Shown piece after piece: positions 14,193 to 18,228 of a stretch of DNA of 18,228 nt. A program made the position numbers and the translations under genes. Numbering within the stretch: the stretch's first letter is position 1; every line of letters begins with the position of its first letter. The stretch covers positions 1-18,228 of the forward strand of contig JAVKHQ010000044.1 in assembly GCA_031459875.1 (NCBI GenBank), in the 5' to 3' direction. Under the pieces are notes generated by a model. The model saw nothing but the letters and a program-made list of their open reading frames with translations. It did no database searches and was not told where the DNA came from. This stretch comes from Candidatus Fervidifonticultor sextus. Lineage in GTDB: Bacteria > Sysuimicrobiota > Sysuimicrobiia > Sysuimicrobiales > Humicultoraceae.

Positions 14193-14834
14193 CTACAGCT
14201 TCTCGACCTGCCCGAAGTCCAACTCGACCGGCGTCTCGCGGCCGAAGATGGACACCAGGACCCGCACCTTCTCCTTCTCCATCATGATCTCGTCCACGAC
14301 CCCTGTGAAATCCATGAACGGCCCTGCCGTGATCCGGACCGGCGAACCCTTCTGGTAGGTGATGCGGTACTTCGGGGTCTCATCCCGCAACTGACGGAGG
14401 AGGGTCCGGACTTCCTTGTCCTCCAGGGGGATGGGCCTGGTGCCCGACCCGACAAACCCGGTGACGCCCGGCGTGTTGCGGATCACGTACCACACGTCGT
14501 TCTCCAGTTCACCGCGCTCGTCGGTCTTCACCTCGACCAGCACGTAGCCCGGGAAGATCTTCCGGTCGACCTCCCGGCGCTTGCCGGCCTTGATCTCCTT
14601 CTCCTTCTCGGTCGGGATCAGCACCTGAAAGATCCGGTCCTTCATGCCCATGGAGGCGATCCGCCGCTCGAGGTTCGACTTCACCTTGGCCTCGTACCCC
14701 GAGTAGGTGTGGATGACGAACCACTTAAGCCGGGGATCCCGAGGCGCCGCTTCCTCGGTCTCCACGGCCCCTTCGACCGGCTCGACGGGTTCGTCGGCGA
14801 ACAGGCCCTTGAGGGGATCGTCAATCTTGGCCAT
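14193..14834 (-). CDS. nusG: Transcription termination/antitermination factor NusG
   Basis: WFVIHTYSGYE...IFPGYVLV...NTPGVTGFVG; KOW domain GPFMDFTG...IFGRETPVEL. Confidence 0.98.
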   Translation of the reverse strand: MAKIDDPLKGLFADEPVEPVEGAVETEEAAPRDPRLKWFVIHTYSGYEAKVKSNLERRIASMGMKDRIFQVLIPTEKEKEIKAGKRREVDRKIFPGYVLVEVKTDERGELENDVWYVIRNTPGVTGFVGSGTRPIPLEDKEVRTLLRQLRDETPKYRITYQKGSPVRITAGPFMDFTGVVDEIMMEKEKVRVLVSIFGRETPVELDFGQVEKL

Positions 14835-14837
14835 AGG

Positions 14838-15107
14838 CTACCGCGCCGTGGGCAGCAGCAGGCGCTTGAGCGCCACCGTATAGATGTAATCGAAGAACCC
14901 CAGGTACAGCGACACCACGGTCAGGACCAGAATGACGACGACGGTGGCGCTGACCAGTTCGCGCCGGCTCGGCCAGTCGACCCGGTTCAGTTCCACCCAG
15001 ACCTCCCGCAAGTAGGTGACGATGCGCTCGACGAACGCCGGCAGACGCCTCGTCGCGACGACTTTGGCCGATCGCGGGGCAACCTTGACTTCCGTGGTCC
15101 GCGCCAT
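14838..15107 (-). CDS. secE: Preprotein translocase subunit SecE (single-TM type)
   Basis: YLREVWVELNRVDWPSRREL motif plus one hydrophobic helix. ATG 15107 chosen because SD AAGGAG is 6 nt upstream; the ORF-track start at 15263 lies upstream of the promoter. Confidence 0.95.
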   Translation of the reverse strand: MARTTEVKVAPRSAKVVATRRLPAFVERIVTYLREVWVELNRVDWPSRRELVSATVVVILVLTVVSLYLGFFDYIYTVALKRLLLPTAR

Positions 15108-15166
15108 CGCCATCTCCTTCCCTGGCCGACCTTCGCCGGAGCAAAAAAAAAGAACCCGGCGCCGCC

Positions 15167-15194
15167 AGTATACCACGGCGACCGCCCCTGTCAA
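15167..15194 (-). promoter_or_regulatory. Sigma70-type promoter for secE-nusG
   Basis: TTGACA (15194-15189), 16 bp spacer, extended -10 TGgTATACT (-10 at 15172-15167). Confidence 0.8.
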
Positions 15195-15285
15195 ATGCGG
15201 CGGACCAGCCCCCGCCGGGGACCACGTCCCGTACCACCTACCCTCCATGGCCGCCACGCCCACCCCCGCGGTCTCCAGGGCGGCG

Positions 15286-15741
15286 CTAGGGTTTGAAGAC
15301 CGCCAGCGCCAGCGCCGCCAGGGCCAGCACCCCTGAGATCATCCCCCAGCGCTGCTGGCGCCGGACCAGGTGGGGGACCTGCGCGCTCGCCTTGCGGCTG
15401 GACGCGCGCAGCGCTGCGACCAGCGCCTGGCCGCTCGGGCGCTGCCCGGTCCAGAGCACCACCACGCCCAGGACCGCCAGCGCCGCCTTGGCGATCAGCC
15501 AGGCCGGCGGTCGGGCCGCCAGGCCCGCCACGACGGTCAGGCCCACCCCGCTGGCGATGGTCAGCACCATCGCCGGCAGGATCGCCCGTTCCAGAAGCCA
15601 AGTGGTGGTCTCGGCGGCGAACTCGACCAGCGAGGGCTGGAGCGTGCGCCGGGCGCGCGCACTCCACGGTGCAAGCAGCGCCCCGCCGCCGATCCACAGG
15701 GCGACGCCGATCAGATGCACGACCAGCAACACCTCGCGCAT
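15286..15741 (-). CDS. Integral membrane protein, ~4 TM helices, DUF2269/CopD-like
   Basis: VHLIGVALWIGG in helix 1, W-L-x-x-K (AWLIAK) and C-terminal VFKP resemble DUF2269-type proteins from memory. Start uncertain (15741, 15753 or 15756); TATAAT at 15761-15756 favours 15741. Confidence 0.7.
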   Translation of the reverse strand: MREVLLVVHLIGVALWIGGGALLAPWSARARRTLQPSLVEFAAETTTWLLERAILPAMVLTIASGVGLTVVAGLAARPPAWLIAKAALAVLGVVVLWTGQRPSGQALVAALRASSRKASAQVPHLVRRQQRWGMISGVLALAALALAVFKP

Positions 15742-15857
15742 GGGCCGTTGCATCAATTATAGGCCGACCACGCGCCAGACGGGCCCCTCCCGGAGCGCCG
15801 TGCGCAGGATCTCCCCACCGCCCCGCCCCAATGGCGCCTCCGGCTGCCCCAGGACCG

Positions 15858-17381
15858 TCAGGCGGACGCCAGCGCGGCTGAGGCGGCGGCCAGCACCGCC
15901 CCGGAGCGGACGAGCTCCGCGCCCGCGGCCAGGTCGTCGGCCACCACGCGGTCCGCCGTCAGCCTGGGGAGGACCGACCGCACCGCATGGTAGGCGGCGG
16001 CCGTGCCCCGACCCAGGGGACCCTCGCCGAAGTCGATGGCCTGAGCGGCCAGCACCAGCTCGACGCCCAGCACCTGCTGGCTGTGGGCCAGCACGCGCAA
16101 CGCCTTGCGGGCGGCGGATGCGCCCATGCTCACGTGATCCTCCTGGTCGGCGGACGTCGGGATCGAGTCGACGCTCGCCGGATGGCAGAGCACCTTGTTC
16201 TCGGAGACCAGCGCGGCGGCCGTGTACTGCGCCACCATGTATCCGGAGTGGAGGCCGGCGCCTTCGACCAGGAACGGCGGCAGGCCCGAGTGGGCCGGGT
16301 TGACCAGGCGCGCGATGCGGCGCTCGCTGATGCTGGCCAGTTCGGCGGTGGCGATGGTCGCGTAGTCGAGTGCCAGGGCCAGCGGCTGGCCGTGGAAGTT
16401 CCCGCCCGAGATGACCTCGTCGTTCTCGGGGAACACCAGCGGGTTGTCGGTCACGCTGTTGATCTCGACGGCGAGCACCTCGCGGAGGTGGGCCAGCGCC
16501 GCGCGGGTGGCCCCGTGCACCTGGGGCATGCACCGCAGCGAGTACGGGTCCTGGATGCGGGGATAGGCGCCTTGGGCCACGCGACCGCTGCCGGCCAGCA
16601 GGCGCCGCAGGTGGTCCGCACTGGCGACCTGGCCGGGATGCGGTCGGAGGCGATGGAGGCGAGGGTGGAACGCCTGGTCGGTGCCGCGCAGCGCCTCCAG
16701 GGTAAGGGCGCCGGCCACATCCGCGACCGCGGCCAGACGCTCGGCCTCCAGCAGAAACAGGCACCCCAGGCCGGCCATGAGGTGGGTGCCGTTAATCAGC
16801 GCGACCCCCTCCTTGGCCTCCAGGACCACCGGGGCCAGGCCGGCACGCGCCAGGGCCTCCGCCCCTGGCAGCCGCGCGCCGCGGTGGGTGGCTTCGCCTT
16901 CGCCCATCAGCACCAGCGCCAGGTGCGCCAGCGGCGCCAGGTCGCCGCTGGCGCCCAGCGACCCCTGTTCGGGAATCACCGGGTGCACCCCGCGGACCAG
17001 CATCGCGAGCAGGGTCTCGACCACGACGGGCCGCACCCCTGAGTGGCCGCGCGCCAGGGCGGCCGCCAGCAGGAACATGATCGCCCGGACCGACGGGTCG
17101 GGGAGGGCCGGGCCCACGCCGGCCGCGTGCGAGCGCACGATGTTGTGCTGCAACGCCTGCGCATCGGCGGCGGAGATCGGCACCGAGCACAGGATCCCGA
17201 CGCCGGTGGTCACGCCGTAGAGGGGCCGGCCTGCGGCCACCATGGCCTCTACCACGCCCCGGGCGCGCGCCATGCGATCCCGCGCGGCGGGAGCCAGCTG
17301 GACCGAGCCGCCGCGGGCGACGGCCTCGACGTCCTCCGGGGTCAGGGCACGTGCACCGATCTCCAGCACCGCCGGCTCCAT
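15858..17381 (-). CDS. hutH: Histidine ammonia-lyase (MIO-dependent aromatic amino-acid lyase)
   Basis: YGVTTGVG, MIO-forming GSLGASGDLAPL, specificity pair SH in NIVRSHAAGVG (HAL type), QDPYSLRC, SGGNFHG, QEDHVSMG. Confidence 0.92.
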   Translation of the reverse strand: MEPAVLEIGARALTPEDVEAVARGGSVQLAPAARDRMARARGVVEAMVAAGRPLYGVTTGVGILCSVPISAADAQALQHNIVRSHAAGVGPALPDPSVRAIMFLLAAALARGHSGVRPVVVETLLAMLVRGVHPVIPEQGSLGASGDLAPLAHLALVLMGEGEATHRGARLPGAEALARAGLAPVVLEAKEGVALINGTHLMAGLGCLFLLEAERLAAVADVAGALTLEALRGTDQAFHPRLHRLRPHPGQVASADHLRRLLAGSGRVAQGAYPRIQDPYSLRCMPQVHGATRAALAHLREVLAVEINSVTDNPLVFPENDEVISGGNFHGQPLALALDYATIATAELASISERRIARLVNPAHSGLPPFLVEGAGLHSGYMVAQYTAAALVSENKVLCHPASVDSIPTSADQEDHVSMGASAARKALRVLAHSQQVLGVELVLAAQAIDFGEGPLGRGTAAAYHAVRSVLPRLTADRVVADDLAAGAELVRSGAVLAAASAALASA

Positions 17382-17470
17382 GGACGGCCGTCACCCACGA
17401 CACCAGGGAGATTCCGGGGGCACACGAGGAGCGCGGCCCGATCGGGCGACGCCGGCTGCGTCATTCGACC

Positions 17471-17547
17471 TGGCAGGGGCGGAGGGATTCGAACCCCCAA
17501 CATCCGGTTTTGGAGACCGGCGCTCTACCAATTGGAGCTACGCCCCT
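17471..17547 (-). tRNA. trnW: tRNA-Trp (anticodon CCA), encoded CCA end
   Basis: AGGGGCG TA GCTC CAATTGGTA GAGC G CCGGT CT CCA AA ACCGG ATGTT GGGGG TTCGAAT CCCTC CGCCCCT G CCA folds as a complete cloverleaf, 77 nt. Confidence 0.98.
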
Positions 17548-17559
17548 GCGCCGCGATCC

Positions 17560-17588
17560 ATTATACGGAGCGCCCCGCGCCCCCGCAA
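17560..17588 (-). promoter_or_regulatory. Sigma70-type promoter for tRNA-Trp
   Basis: TTGCGG (17588-17583), 17 bp spacer, TATAAT (17565-17560), 12 nt upstream of the mature tRNA 5' end. Confidence 0.7.
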
Positions 17589-17646
17589 CGACCTGCTCCG
17601 GCGACCCCGGCCTCCCGCAGGTCGCAACGTGGGGCTGCGGGACGGG

Positions 17647-17799
17647 CTAGCGCGTCTCGCGGTGGACCGTATGCTTGCGGCACCACTTGCAGTACCTGCG
17701 CAACTCCAGCCGGTCCGGGTCGTTCTTCTTATTCTTGGTCGTGGTGTAGTTCCGCCGCTTGCACTCGGTGCACGCCAGCGTGATGATATCCCGCGGCAT
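17647..17799 (-). CDS. rpmG: 50S ribosomal protein L33 (Zn-ribbon, C+ form)
   Basis: Not in the ORF track (50 aa). [50 protein letters not shown] with two CxxC pairs. Confidence 0.97.
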   Translation of the reverse strand: MPRDIITLACTECKRRNYTTTKNKKNDPDRLELRRYCKWCRKHTVHRETR

Positions 17800-17802
17800 G
17801 GG

Positions 17803-18228
17803 CTAGGCCACGACCTTCGTGACCACGCCAGCCCCGACCGTCCGGCCGCCTTCCCGGATCGCGAACCGCAGGCCCTCCTCCAGCGCCACCGGCGTGATCA
17901 ACTTGACGCCCATCGTGACGTTGTCCCCGGGCATGACCATCTCCACGCCCTGGGGCAACACGATGTCCCCGGTCACGTCCGTGGTCCGGAAGTAGAACTG
18001 GGGCCGGTAGCCGGTGAAGAAGGGTGTGTGCCGCCCGCCTTCCTCCTTGGTCAGCACGTAGACCTCGGCTTCGAAGTCGACGTGCGGCTTGATGGAGCCG
18101 GGTTTGGCCAGCACCATGCCGCGCTCGACCTCGTCCTTCTCGATGCCGCGCAGCAGCACCCCGATGTTGTCACCGGCGATGGCCTCGTCCAGCGACTTCC
18201 GGAACATCCCCAGGCCGGTGACGACGGT
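17803..18228 (-). CDS. tuf: Elongation factor Tu (3' portion, starts beyond the right edge)
   Basis: [21 protein letters not shown]...[26 protein letters not shown]...[15 protein letters not shown]. Confidence 0.99.
   Translation of the reverse strand, partial: TVVTGLGMFRKSLDEAIAGDNIGVLLRGIEKDEVERGMVLAKPGSIKPHVDFEAEVYVLTKEEGGRHTPFFTGYRPQFYFRTTDVTGDIVLPQGVEMVMPGDNVTMGVKLITPVALEEGLRFAIREGGRTVGAGVVTKVVA

Noticed and set aside
15182..15193. CCGCCCCTG matching the tRNA-Trp 3' end as a possible att site
   Set aside because: Only 9 bp, in inverted rather than direct orientation, and overlapping the secE -35 region; no integrase nearby.
17589..17642. Alternative hairpins (TCCCGCAG/CTGCGGGA vs CGACCTGC/GCAGGTCG) between rpmG and the tRNA promoter
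   Set aside because: No U-tract, and 8-bp stems are common at this GC content; cannot be supported as a terminator or switch.

Overview
High-GC bacterial housekeeping region, almost all on the minus strand: the conserved tuf-secE-nusG-rplKAJL-rpoBC-str cluster. Order in the direction of transcription (right to left): tuf (3' part), rpmG, tRNA-Trp(CCA), hutH, a DUF2269-like membrane protein, secE, nusG, rplK, rplA, an IS630-family element on the + strand, rplJ, rplL, rpoB, rpoC, an L7Ae/YbxF-like gene, rpsL, rpsG, fusA (5' part). The ybxF-rpsL linkage, compact RpoB/RpoC and Firmicutes-style r-protein leaders suggest a Terrabacteria-type lineage (inference). Several near-consensus sigma70-type promoters, an L10 leader with an apparent attenuator and an L1-binding site can be read directly. 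Departures from the textbook layout: (1) a 1250-bp IS630 inserted exactly into the TA of the rplA stop codon, regenerating it, with a hairpin + T4C6 +1 recoding site and a decayed C-terminus; (2) hutH and a membrane gene between tRNA-Trp and secE; (3) a ~330-nt structured spacer between the L7Ae-like gene and rpsL with perfect box C and box D sequences near the rpsL RBS; (4) dominant TAG stop usage, with three in-frame TAG-CCN-ATG gene junctions. I see no clearly new multi-gene system; the best candidates for undescribed biology are these cis-acting signals. All calls were made by eye without database searches or folding software.
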